In this document: positions 30,778-40,030 of the stretch, piece by piece
How the letters are laid out: every line of letters begins with the position of its first letter
Position numbering within the stretch: the stretch's first letter is position 1
Source of the DNA: an uncultured Gammaproteobacteria bacterium
Lineage (GTDB): Bacteria > Pseudomonadota > Gammaproteobacteria > Steroidobacterales > Woeseiaceae
Length of the DNA: 64,000 bases
Direction of reading: 5' to 3'
NCBI GenBank assembly: GCA_963800915.1
Contig: CAWDCR010000012.1
Coordinates: forward strand, 11,255-75,254
Position numbers and translations under genes: made by a program
Notes under the pieces: generated by a model
The model's input: only the letters and a program-made list of their open reading frames with translations
What the model was told of the DNA's origin: nothing
The model's database searches: none

Positions 30778-31344
30778 TCAGGCTGCCGCCCAGGCCTTCT
30801 TCAGCCACGCTTTCACATCTTTATCAACGTCCGAAACTTTGTCGAGTCGGACGCGGTGCGTGACCATTGCGTTGAAGCTGCCGGATTTCTCGAGACGACC
30901 TTGCGCGGGTTCACCCTTCAGATTGAGCCCCAGATCGACTCTCGTTTTAGTGGAAGGCTGGATGATCGCGAACTGCTTCGCGCGGCGCAGGCTGACATAC
31001 GCTTTCTTTGGTGCAACCTCGACGGCGCCACAGCTTTGCGCCGCTTTCAGCAGTGCGTCGTAGATCGGTTTCAGGCTCGCTTTGGGGCCGTCGTATTGCG
31101 CAGCAACGAGGTCCTTCGAGTCGGCAGTACTGCCCGCGTCGCTTTTGAGCGTTTTGTGCGCGACCAGGTTGGCGAAGCCGTGCGTCATGCCGTGGTCTGC
31201 TTTAAGCATTTTGACGATCTCACCGTGCTTCGCGGCAGCGGATTTGCGTGCAATAGCAAGCCATTGCTCCAGGGTCCTGCCGGTCTTGCTCTTTAAGTTC
31301 GCGATCATGGCGTCCGCCATTTCTTCGGGCGACTTGGGCATCAT
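30778..31344 (-). CDS. DUF4287 + DUF5655 domain protein
   Basis: NLKSKTGRTLEQW...LKADHGMTHGFAN; PKKAYVSLRR...THRVRL. Confidence 0.8.
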   Translation of the reverse strand: MMPKSPEEMADAMIANLKSKTGRTLEQWLAIARKSAAAKHGEIVKMLKADHGMTHGFANLVAHKTLKSDAGSTADSKDLVAAQYDGPKASLKPIYDALLKAAQSCGAVEVAPKKAYVSLRRAKQFAIIQPSTKTRVDLGLNLKGEPAQGRLEKSGSFNAMVTHRVRLDKVSDVDKDVKAWLKKAWAAA

Positions 31345-31363
31345 TTTTCTCCTGTGAAGGCGC

Positions 31364-31894
31364 TTAGCGATCCAGCGGCCATTTGTCGGCACTCATCGAT
31401 TTCGGTGTCAGCGGGGCCATGAGTCGAAACATGGCGAGCATCAGTCGCGCGCCAAACGTGACCTTGCCGGTTTCCACGTAGGCCTTGAAGTTTTTGACAA
31501 TGAATTTCGAGCCATCCGCCATCGACTTCTCGCTTTTGGAGCCGGCAGCGATGTTTTCGGTTATCAGGCAGAATTCGGTGCCGCCGTCCGTTTCCTTCAG
31601 CGTGTAGGTTACCGTCGACGCGGGATCATCGAGCGACGTCAGGCGAAAGCTGTGCACCAGCCGATGCGGTGGATCCATCTCAAGAATCCTGCCCGCGACT
31701 GCAACGGTCTTGCCATCATTCGACAGCATCCTGTAGGCATTGTCGGGGGCCATAGCCTTGGTATCCCAACTGGAATTCCAGAAAAACGGACGCGGTGATG
31801 CGGTGTTGATGAGTTCCGACCAGACCGTCTGAATCGGCGCCTTGATGAGCACCTTGTAGATGGCCCGCTCCGCAAATTTCTTGTTCTGCATCAC
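31364..31894 (-). CDS. SRPBCC/AHSA1-like domain protein
   Basis: IKAPIQTVW, GRILEMDPPHRL, FKAYVETG; overlaps the ArsR stop. Confidence 0.82.
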   Translation of the reverse strand: MMQNKKFAERAIYKVLIKAPIQTVWSELINTASPRPFFWNSSWDTKAMAPDNAYRMLSNDGKTVAVAGRILEMDPPHRLVHSFRLTSLDDPASTVTYTLKETDGGTEFCLITENIAAGSKSEKSMADGSKFIVKNFKAYVETGKVTFGARLMLAMFRLMAPLTPKSMSADKWPLDR

Positions 31895-32256
31895 TTTGTT
31901 CCCTTCTCAGTTTGTTTTTTTTCACGTCGCGCGCGCGTCTCTGCAAGGTATTTGATCTTGGTGAGATTGCTGCTCCAGTAGGCGCTGTAGTCGGTCGTCC
32001 AGCGTTCGTGGATCATCTGGATAGGGACCGCGTTGAAGTACAGGCGACGCGTGCGGCCGTCTTTTTCAGAGACGAGCAGGCCGGCCTGCTCAAGCACCCC
32101 CAGATGTTTCATGACCGCGATGCGACTGACATCGAACTCGCTGGCCAGCGTGCCGACGCCGATGCCGGGCGACTCCTTCACCAAATCAAGCATGCGCCGG
32201 CGACTCTCGTTGGCGAGCGCCTGAAACAGGGCATCCATATCGGTGTCATCTAACAT
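31891..32256 (-). CDS. ArsR/SmtB-family regulator
   Basis: FQALANESRR; SRIAVMKHLGVLEQAGL; GRTRRLYFNAVPI. Confidence 0.9.
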   Translation of the reverse strand: MLDDTDMDALFQALANESRRRMLDLVKESPGIGVGTLASEFDVSRIAVMKHLGVLEQAGLLVSEKDGRTRRLYFNAVPIQMIHERWTTDYSAYWSSNLTKIKYLAETRARREKKQTEKGTK

Positions 32257-32293
32257 GTAACCATAAGGTTACTTAATTTCCTGGCGGTGTCAA
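32257..32293 (-). promoter_or_regulatory. ArsR autoregulatory operator and sigma70 promoter
   Basis: GTAACC-ATAA-GGTTAC (32257-32272) next to the ATG; TTGACA-16-TAACCT on the minus strand. Confidence 0.7.
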
Positions 32294-32446
32294 GCGGATG
32301 ACTGGCGGGCGGCTGGCGAGGCACGGAAACGTCGGCCATCAGCAGGCCATGGGCGAGTGGAAGCTGCGCGGGCGCTGGTTGCCGGATGCGGTCGGCCGCC
32401 GCCGAGCTGATCCGCTGGCGCCCGGCCGGTGGTCGAGAAGTCGACG

Positions 32447-33064
32447 CTAGGTCAGCATCATGCGGTCAAGCCGCGGCAGGCTTTTCTGCCAGTCGCGGCA
32501 CTTCAGGGAGGTCTGGCCGGCGAGCCTCATGGAGCCGCGGATCGAGCGGCTCAGCGCGCTGGCATTGAGGCGCTGGTAGTAGGGCATCCTGCGTACATAA
32601 AACGGCAGGATCTCCTCAAGCGTCAGGTCCGTGTCCATCATTTCGGCGAACGCATCGTAGAACCTGCCAACCGCATCGGACACGTCGTTGTTTTCGGTAA
32701 GCGCGGTTGACGGGTTGATCGTCCAGGTTCGGTCGCGCTGCAACACGCAGGTGCCGGCAAAGCCGTTTGGACGCGCGGCTGACCACTCCTGCGGCGCAAT
32801 GAGACTGAGCAGCCATTCACCGCCATTCCAGTAAAGATAGTTCGGGACGCCGACGGCAGGCTTGTATTTGAAACTCGCTGACAGCACGAGCAGCGAGGTG
32901 AAAAACTCGGCCAGCACTCTGCGCTGCGGTTTCGCAACCACGCCACGCGGCGCGCTCTGTTCCCAGTCCAGCAGGAAGCCGCTGACGCCTTTGCCTTCCG
33001 GGTTGGCGTCGGTCTTCAGCGCGACGGCGGAGTCGCGCGGTCTGTACGGTTTCAAATCTGACAT
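32447..33064 (-). CDS. Conserved hypothetical protein (DUF2452-like)
   Basis: SFKYKPAVG..YLY...LSLIAPQEW; LPFYVRRMPYYQR; start taken at MSDLK. Confidence 0.7.
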   Translation of the reverse strand: MSDLKPYRPRDSAVALKTDANPEGKGVSGFLLDWEQSAPRGVVAKPQRRVLAEFFTSLLVLSASFKYKPAVGVPNYLYWNGGEWLLSLIAPQEWSAARPNGFAGTCVLQRDRTWTINPSTALTENNDVSDAVGRFYDAFAEMMDTDLTLEEILPFYVRRMPYYQRLNASALSRSIRGSMRLAGQTSLKCRDWQKSLPRLDRMMLT

Positions 33065-33324
33065 TGCTGTTTTCTGCACACTGCGTAAGACAAGACGGAA
33101 TAAAACACGATGTGTTGAGACGGGATGCTGCCCGTTGCGGCCCCAACTTGCCATGCAAGCTGTGTAACAAGTAGTAACGGTGCGTCAGTTTTAGACTGAC
33201 GAAACTGACCCGCAGGCAACAACCGCCGCGCGCAGTTGGCGAAATTGGTGATGGTGGGGCCCAGCTACGGAATTTCCGCTGGCGACACGCCGGCCAATCA
33301 GCCGACGTGTCGTGTCGTCACTCG

Positions 33325-34188
33325 CTAGGCCGCGACGAGCGTGCCGTTCTGGTAGTCACGAATCGCCTGGTCGATCTCTTCGCGTGTATTCATGACGAAC
33401 GGCCCGTATTGCACCACCGGCTCGTTCAGCGGCTTGCCTGCCAGCACGATGAAGCGCGCCGGCTCGCCGTACGCCGTGACACTCAGGCGATCGCCATCCG
33501 ACAACACACCGGCCGACTGCGCGCCAAGCGTGCGTGCTGCCTCGCCTGCACCGACATTCACATCACCTTCGTAGCTGTACACGAAGGCGTTGTGACCTTC
33601 CGGTAGAGCGCACTCGAAGGTCTTGCCTGCTGCAAGGTGCACGTCATAGAACACTGGCGCGGTGGTCAGCCCCTGGATCGGCCCGGCGACTTCGCCGGCC
33701 TGCGCAAGCAACGTGCCCGCAATCACCTTGACCTGGCCGCCCTCGATCTTTGCGAGCGGAATGTCTGCCGCCGGAATGTCGCGGTAGCCGGCCGGTTTCA
33801 TTTTCTCGGCCGCGGGCAGGTTGATCCACAGCTGGAAGCCACGCATGCGGCCTTCCTTCTGTTGCGGCATTTCCGAATGAATGACGCCATGCGCGGCCGT
33901 CATCCACTGCACGCCGCCGGCCGTGAGTTCGCCCACGTTGCCCATGTGATCCTCATGGCGCATGTGGCCATCGAGCATGTAGGTCACGGTCTCAAAGCCG
34001 CGATGCGGGTGTGGCGGAAAACCGGCAATGTAATCCTCGGGCTTGTCGGTGCCGAATTCGTCGAGCATCAGGAACGGGTCCAGTCGAATCGAGCGCGCCG
34101 AGCCAATACTGCGCCGCAGCTTTACGCCGGCACCGTCCGAGGTCGCGATGCTGTGTATTGCCTGTGTCAATGTTCTCTGTGTCATCAC
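33325..34188 (-). CDS. Pirin-family protein
   Basis: DPFLMLD, HPHRGFETVTY, QWMTAA.GVIHSE, GPFVMNT. Confidence 0.95.
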   Translation of the reverse strand: MMTQRTLTQAIHSIATSDGAGVKLRRSIGSARSIRLDPFLMLDEFGTDKPEDYIAGFPPHPHRGFETVTYMLDGHMRHEDHMGNVGELTAGGVQWMTAAHGVIHSEMPQQKEGRMRGFQLWINLPAAEKMKPAGYRDIPAADIPLAKIEGGQVKVIAGTLLAQAGEVAGPIQGLTTAPVFYDVHLAAGKTFECALPEGHNAFVYSYEGDVNVGAGEAARTLGAQSAGVLSDGDRLSVTAYGEPARFIVLAGKPLNEPVVQYGPFVMNTREEIDQAIRDYQNGTLVAA

Positions 34189-34211
34189 ACTCTCCTTACC
34201 TAGCTGCTCGC

Positions 34212-34823
34212 TCAGGCCGCAATCGCGTCGAGCGCGCGGATCTGTTGACGGGCACTTTCTATTCCGGCCTGCAGCGACTCGTCGCCGAGCGCCGTGCCTT
34301 CTGCGTACGCGAACTGCGTGTCTTCGATACCGAGGAAGCGCAGAAAGTTCTTCATGTAATCCGTCTGCGTATCGAGCTGCGTGCCCAGGTATTTGCCACC
34401 GCGCGTCGCGACAATGATCGCCCGCTTGCCGGTGAGCAAACCCACCGGCCCGGTCGCCGTGTAGCGAAAGGTAATGCCGGCGCGCGCGACGTGATCAAAA
34501 TACGCCTTCAGCACCGACGGGATACCGAAGTTGTGCATCGGCAGCGCGATCAGGATTTCGTCTGCCGCCTGCAGTTCGGCGATCAGCTCGTCCGAGAAGC
34601 TGGCCGCTTCCCGCTGCTCGGCACTGCGTTCTTCCGCCTTGGTGGTGAACGCTGCGAAACGCTCGGCCGTCAGGTGCGGTACCGGGCGCGCGGCCAGATC
34701 CCGAGAAATCACCCTGCCGCGCGGCGTCCTGGCTTGCCATTTGGCGAGGTAGTCGTTCGCCAGCGTGGAGGACAGGCTGTTCGGCCCCTGCAGGCTGGTG
34801 TGGATCAAAAGTAGGGTTTTCAT
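34212..34823 (-). CDS. azoR: FMN-dependent NADH-azoreductase
   Basis: PMHNFGIPSVLKAYFDHVARAGITFRYT.GP.GL; TRGG. Confidence 0.92.
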   Translation of the reverse strand: MKTLLLIHTSLQGPNSLSSTLANDYLAKWQARTPRGRVISRDLAARPVPHLTAERFAAFTTKAEERSAEQREAASFSDELIAELQAADEILIALPMHNFGIPSVLKAYFDHVARAGITFRYTATGPVGLLTGKRAIIVATRGGKYLGTQLDTQTDYMKNFLRFLGIEDTQFAYAEGTALGDESLQAGIESARQQIRALDAIAA

Positions 34824-34925
34824 CGGGGTTTCTGCCTTGCGGTGGTTTCGACGGTCGCCATTAAACGATTTATTGATTGAATGATAAATGGCAATATATC
34901 GACCAAATCAATCGAAATAACCGAT

Positions 34926-35819
34926 ATGAGAGCCAGCACCCGCATTACCCTGGAGCAATGGCGCAGCCTCACCGCCGTGGTCGACGCCGGCGGCTACGCG
35001 CAGGCCGCCGAAGCGCTGAACAAGAGCCAGTCGACGATCACCTACGCCGTCAAGAAACTCGAAGAGACGCTGCAGGTGTCGGCTTTCGAGATAAAGGGGC
35101 GCCGCGCGGTGCTCACCCACACCGGCGAACTGCTGTACCAGCGCGCGCTGCAGCTGCTCGATGACGCGGCACGCCTTGAGCAGGCGGCGAAGTGTGTGTC
35201 TGCCGGCTGGGAGCCGGTGATCGGGCTGAGCGTCGAAGTGCTGTATCCAACCTGGCTGCTGCTTGAAGCGCTCGCGCAGTTCGGTGAAGAAAGCCCGCAG
35301 ACGCATATCGAGCTTTACGAATCCGTCATGGGCGGCACCCAGGAAAATCTGCTGCAGGGCCGCGCGACGATTGCGCTGACGCCACAGGTGCCGGCCGGTT
35401 TCCTCGGTGAGCCGATCATGACCCTGCGGTTCCTGCCCGTGGCGCATCCCGAGCATCCGCTGCACAGGCTCAATCGCGAGCTGACGACCAAAGACCTGCG
35501 CCGGCATCGGCACCTGGTCGTGCGTGAGTCGGGTGCCCGCCGCGACACCGCGCCGGGTCTGCAGAGCGAGCAGCGCTGGACAGTCAGCAACATGCCCACC
35601 TCGATCGGCGCGGCCTGTCGCGGCTACGGCTATGCCTGGTACCCGCTGCACAAGATTCAGCGCGAGCTGGCGAACGGTGAACTGAAGCCGCTGCCGGTCG
35701 CGGGCGGCGGCGAGCGCATCACAAGCATGTACCTCGTCGTCGCCGATCCGGACGGCGCGGGGCCCGGCGTCAGGCGCCTGGCCGAGATCCTGCGCGCCAC
35801 CGCCGGAAAGCTGGAATAA
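34926..35819 (+). CDS. LysR-family regulator divergent from azoR-pirin
   Basis: GGYAQAAEALNKSQSTITY HTH; AT-rich intergenic region containing ATCG-N7-CGAT. Confidence 0.9.
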   Translation: MRASTRITLEQWRSLTAVVDAGGYAQAAEALNKSQSTITYAVKKLEETLQVSAFEIKGRRAVLTHTGELLYQRALQLLDDAARLEQAAKCVSAGWEPVIGLSVEVLYPTWLLLEALAQFGEESPQTHIELYESVMGGTQENLLQGRATIALTPQVPAGFLGEPIMTLRFLPVAHPEHPLHRLNRELTTKDLRRHRHLVVRESGARRDTAPGLQSEQRWTVSNMPTSIGAACRGYGYAWYPLHKIQRELANGELKPLPVAGGGERITSMYLVVADPDGAGPGVRRLAEILRATAGKLE

Positions 35820-35946
35820 GTTAAATCGCGGTCGTGAAAGTGCCGGCGAATCGCGTCCAGACGCCATTCCCGGGGCGCGTGCTCTATAGTGAGGTAAGCC
35901 TCAAGAATTCCTCGCCAACAACAAGGCTCACCCGGGGGTACAAAAA

Positions 35947-37254
35947 ATGAAAGCATTTTGCATCGCACTAGTTCTGCTGATTTCTTCAATCGCACTCGCC
36001 AAACCTGGCAATCATCACTGGCAGCCGCGACCTGATGCCAGGCTGACGATCGTTGCGCCGGAGTCGCGCATGGTTCGCGTGCGCTACCGCGACCAGGTCA
36101 AAACGTATCAGTACAAGAATCGCAGCGGCGCGCTGTCAACGGTGCAATGGCCGTTGATCATGCGTTTCGAAAGCCGTACCGCGGAAGGCTTCGCCGAAAG
36201 CGTAACGGCGGATGGGCAGAAGCGAGAAGCGCTGGTGCTTGAGGATCCCGACGGCTGCCTGAATCTCGCGTCTTTGGTTGGCGACCTGCTGCTGCCCTCT
36301 TTCGATCCGGATTGTGCGGGACTGCCGGAAGACGAAACCTTCATCGAAGTGCAAACCGAAAAGTTCGATACCTTCGAGCTGAGTGACAACCTGCAAACCG
36401 GCAATGACTTTGTCAGGGCCCGACTGGTTGATGACGTCTACACCGATGGCGCGTTGCTGAACACGCCGTACCTCGCGCTCAAGCAGGGCAAGATCAACGC
36501 CGTCGGCCCGAAGACCGGTGGCCCCGCCAGCAACGACCCGGAGCATCCGGAACTTGATGGCTATGGCTACGGTGCCGATGACGACTTCGTCAGCCTGGTG
36601 ATCATGGCCGATGTCGGTGGTGCCCGGGTTTTTGATCTCGATTTCAATCGCGTTCCCGGCGTCATTCGCAACATGGCCGGTTTCGTTAACGTCGTCTCTG
36701 CCGAACTGCTCGATGGCAAGGGTCAGACGGCCATCACCGCGACCATGCACCCGCTTGCCGGCGTATTCGAACCGATTGCCGTCTTCGACTTCTCGGTGAA
36801 AAAGCCGCCTTACGTCGGCTACGATTTTCTGCAACGCGTCGATAGCGGTCCGGTGACCGCATTCCACCTGATGTCGGAAGTGCCGGTTGCAACCGATCCC
36901 GCTGCGAAAGCCAACGAATTCTACGACGAACTGCTGGCGACCTATTACCCGGTCGAGATCGTGATCCGCGCGGTGGTTGTTGCACGCCAGGCGCCGGAGT
37001 TTATCCACGACCTGAACCAGGATGGCAAGTTCTCGGCGATCGACGTGAAGCTGGCTGGCCACGAACTCGTGACCAATGAAGTCGAGATCAACCTGACGCT
37101 GACGCACGACAATCTGTTTATCGTGAGTCCAACAAACAAGTGCTTGCCGCGATCACTGGTGTTTGACGATCTCGACGGCGACGGCAAGGACGGCGAGCCG
37201 TTCAAGTGCGATGGCAAATCCGGTTCGACGCGCTCGCGGCGGGTGCCGCGCTAG
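35947..37254 (+). CDS. Secreted hypothetical protein with EF-hand/dockerin-like acidic loops
   Basis: Sec signal ending ALA; DLNQDGKFSAID and DLDGDGKD; RBS GGGGG. Confidence 0.7.
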   Translation: MKAFCIALVLLISSIALAKPGNHHWQPRPDARLTIVAPESRMVRVRYRDQVKTYQYKNRSGALSTVQWPLIMRFESRTAEGFAESVTADGQKREALVLEDPDGCLNLASLVGDLLLPSFDPDCAGLPEDETFIEVQTEKFDTFELSDNLQTGNDFVRARLVDDVYTDGALLNTPYLALKQGKINAVGPKTGGPASNDPEHPELDGYGYGADDDFVSLVIMADVGGARVFDLDFNRVPGVIRNMAGFVNVVSAELLDGKGQTAITATMHPLAGVFEPIAVFDFSVKKPPYVGYDFLQRVDSGPVTAFHLMSEVPVATDPAAKANEFYDELLATYYPVEIVIRAVVVARQAPEFIHDLNQDGKFSAIDVKLAGHELVTNEVEINLTLTHDNLFIVSPTNKCLPRSLVFDDLDGDGKDGEPFKCDGKSGSTRSRRVPR

Positions 37255-37268
37255 GGAGATTAGCCAGG

Positions 37269-37320
37269 GAGGTTCGCTAGTGAGGTTCGCTGGTGAGGTT
37301 CGCTAGGGTAGTTCGCTGAA
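37269..37320. repeat. 13-bp tandem repeat GAGGTTCGCTAGT x4 between convergent genes
   Basis: Units at 37269, 37282, 37295, 37308. Confidence 0.85.
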
Positions 37321-37356
37321 GTAGCGCACCAGGGTGCTGAGCTGGCGCGCCGTTCG

Positions 37357-39669
37357 CTAACGCGCTGCCAGCAAGGCTGAGGCTCTAACGACTTCCGGCA
37401 AATCGGGCGCTGCTCCCTGCCAGCGCTCGATGAAGCGTTCTGCCTGTTCCCGTGCCAGCTGCGAGGCGCCGTTTTCAGCGAGAATTTCCGCGTGCAGCAA
37501 TTGCGCTCGCGCGCGGTCAAGCTCGAGGTCCAGCCGCAGGTCACCGGCGTCGCGATCCGTGCTGGCTGCCGCTGCCAGTTCCGCAGCGCGCGCAAGGTCC
37601 CCGGATTCGCGATACAGCAAGGCAAGGCCGGATTGGTAAATGGCGTACTGGTAGCCGGGTTCGTCGACGGCCGCCCGCAACAGGTTTTCGGCGGCCTGCA
37701 GGTTGCCTTGCCGCAGCGCGGCTAAACCCTCCAGGTAGTTTGCCGCCTTGTCTTCCGTATGGCTGTCAGCGTCGCTCGCCTGCTGCGCGAGTGAGCGCAG
37801 CTCCGCCACTATCAATGCAACGCTGTCGAAGCGTTCCCGTCGCAGCTCCAGCATGCCGCTCGCGAACAGGTAGCGGGTTGCCGGCGACGCTGCCTGGCTG
37901 AGCGATTCATCAATCAACGCCCGTGCGCGCTCGACGTTGCCAAGTTCCAGTTGGGTCGAGCCCATTTGCGACAAAGCCATCGGCTGGCGCAGTCCTTCTT
38001 CTTCGATCAGCGGCATCGATTTTTGCAACGGTTCGAGTGATTCGGCGTACAGTCCGCGGCCGCGCAGCACGCCGGCAAGATCGAACGCCGCCTCGATGCG
38101 AAAATCCGCAGCGAACTCACTGCCATCGACGACGCTCTGCCACAGTGCCTGGGCGGCTGCCACATCGCCCTGCAAATATCGGCTGCGTGCCAGTCCAATG
38201 GTTGCCACGACGAAACCGGACTTCTGCGCCAGCGCGAGTTCGTATTGTTCGATAGCGCTCGACAGATCACCCTGCAACAACGCCAGGTTGCCGAGCAACG
38301 CGTAGGCGTACGCGCCATTCGGTTCCATCGAGGAGTAGCGTGTCAGTGCCGCCTTGGCCTCGTCGAGCTCGCCGATTTCCAGCAGGCGTTCACCAAGCTG
38401 CATCCACGCGGTCGGGTCCTGTGCGTGAATCTTGCTGAGCCGGCGAAACTCATCGATTGCAGCGCTGTCCTGAAAATCCAGCCAGTAAGCCTCCGCGAGC
38501 AGCACGCCGGCCTCCATTTCATACGGGTACTGCGCCACCAGTTGCCGGTAGATTTCAATTGCCTTCTGCGGATCGCGCTCCGCCGTGAAATAGGCTTTGG
38601 CACCCGCGACGTACAATCGAAGTCGCTCCGACAGATTGGCGTCTTCAGGGATTTCGCTCAGGGTGGCAAGCGCGATATTCGAGCGGCCGGTCGCCTCGTA
38701 CACCTGTGCCAGTCGATAGCGTGCGATGTAGTAATCCGGCGCGATGCCGAGGGCAGTACTGAATGCGCTTTCGGCCGCCTGGTATTCGAAGTCGATCAGG
38801 TAGGCGAGTCCCGCAATATACGACTCGTAGGCCTGCACGTTGTCGATCGCGAAGTCTGCCTCGAACAGGCCGACGTGCTCACGATGCGGTATGCGCAGTG
38901 CCTGCTTTATCTGGATGCTGAGACTCGGGACCATGCCGAGGATGCCGGCGACGTCTTTCTGATCGATTCGCGAGCTGTGAATCTCGATGCCGTTCTCGAC
39001 ATCGTCGATATGCGTTGTCAGCACGATACCATTGGGTGTCTCCACGTATTCGCCATCGATCAGGTAATCGATGCCGTTACGTTTTGCGATCGCATTCAGC
39101 TCTTCGGCATTCGCCACATCCTGGGCGAGCGAACGCCAGCGGGAATTCGAAACCAGGATGACGTGCTGCGATTCCGCCAGTTCACTGCGAATCATGTTGG
39201 CAACGCCATCGCCCAGCCAGTCGTTCTCTGCCTTGCCGATAATTTTCCGCGGCGCATTCACGGCGATCACCGGTTGACTCTTGATCGCAGGACGGGTGGC
39301 GGCCGGTCGCACGATGTAATCGTCCCACGCCCACCAGAGCACGCCTGCCGACATCGCAGTGGCCACCAGCACCATCACCACCTTTGGCCAGCTGCCCTGC
39401 AATCGCGAAAACCGCGAGTCCGGCGTGCGCACCAGACCTTCGCGCGAGATATCGACGGTCCAGGCCAGCAGCATTGCCGGCGGGAACGCGACGATCAGCA
39501 GGATGGTCAGCGCCCGCAGTACCCAGAGCGGCGCGCCGAACGCCGGCAGCAGGGTATCGCCGACCTGCACCAGGAGCCATGCGACGCCGGCATACACCAC
39601 GGCGGAACGAAACACGCGGCGTCGCGCGAGTTCCTTGAAGATGGTTGTTTTTGGTTCCGGCTCGTTCAT
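37357..39669 (-). CDS. Membrane-anchored TolB-like/TPR protein (divergent paralogue of 13121..14938)
   Basis: ELARRRVFR...WLLVQV...PAFGAP.W...LAWTVDISREGL; WLGDGVA; long TPR array. Confidence 0.82.
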   Translation of the reverse strand: MNEPEPKTTIFKELARRRVFRSAVVYAGVAWLLVQVGDTLLPAFGAPLWVLRALTILLIVAFPPAMLLAWTVDISREGLVRTPDSRFSRLQGSWPKVVMVLVATAMSAGVLWWAWDDYIVRPAATRPAIKSQPVIAVNAPRKIIGKAENDWLGDGVANMIRSELAESQHVILVSNSRWRSLAQDVANAEELNAIAKRNGIDYLIDGEYVETPNGIVLTTHIDDVENGIEIHSSRIDQKDVAGILGMVPSLSIQIKQALRIPHREHVGLFEADFAIDNVQAYESYIAGLAYLIDFEYQAAESAFSTALGIAPDYYIARYRLAQVYEATGRSNIALATLSEIPEDANLSERLRLYVAGAKAYFTAERDPQKAIEIYRQLVAQYPYEMEAGVLLAEAYWLDFQDSAAIDEFRRLSKIHAQDPTAWMQLGERLLEIGELDEAKAALTRYSSMEPNGAYAYALLGNLALLQGDLSSAIEQYELALAQKSGFVVATIGLARSRYLQGDVAAAQALWQSVVDGSEFAADFRIEAAFDLAGVLRGRGLYAESLEPLQKSMPLIEEEGLRQPMALSQMGSTQLELGNVERARALIDESLSQAASPATRYLFASGMLELRRERFDSVALIVAELRSLAQQASDADSHTEDKAANYLEGLAALRQGNLQAAENLLRAAVDEPGYQYAIYQSGLALLYRESGDLARAAELAAAASTDRDAGDLRLDLELDRARAQLLHAEILAENGASQLAREQAERFIERWQGAAPDLPEVVRASALLAAR

Positions 39670-40030
39670 CTGTTCATTATGGCGGCCAGGATCGACCGCA
39701 TGGCTCGGCAGCTACCCGGTGATTAATGGTGAACCCGGCTGCGATCAGTGTATGTCGGGAGCAGGGCGGTTTGTAGCATTTGGCTGCGATCGACGGCCCG
39801 CGGCGCATTCTCGCCGGTCTGCACGCCAGGAATTCCAGTGACGCTGCAATTCGCGCGCCGGCTCGACGCGAACCGGTCCGTGCATCATCGGATACGGACC
39901 AGCGGCCGCGCAACGCTGACGCCTGCCGGCAATTCGCGGCATCGGCAAAGCCAATCAAGCCGCCAGCAATGTATGATGCAGCCCCGACAGCGGCCCGGCC
40001 CGGCGCTCGCTCCGCCTCAAGGTCAACTCA

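Noticed and set aside
38245-39726. Long antisense ORFs (also 49815..51242, 52275..53396, 28110..29183, 19315..20370)
   Set aside because: Shadows of well-supported genes on the opposite strand in high-GC DNA; no recognisable motifs.
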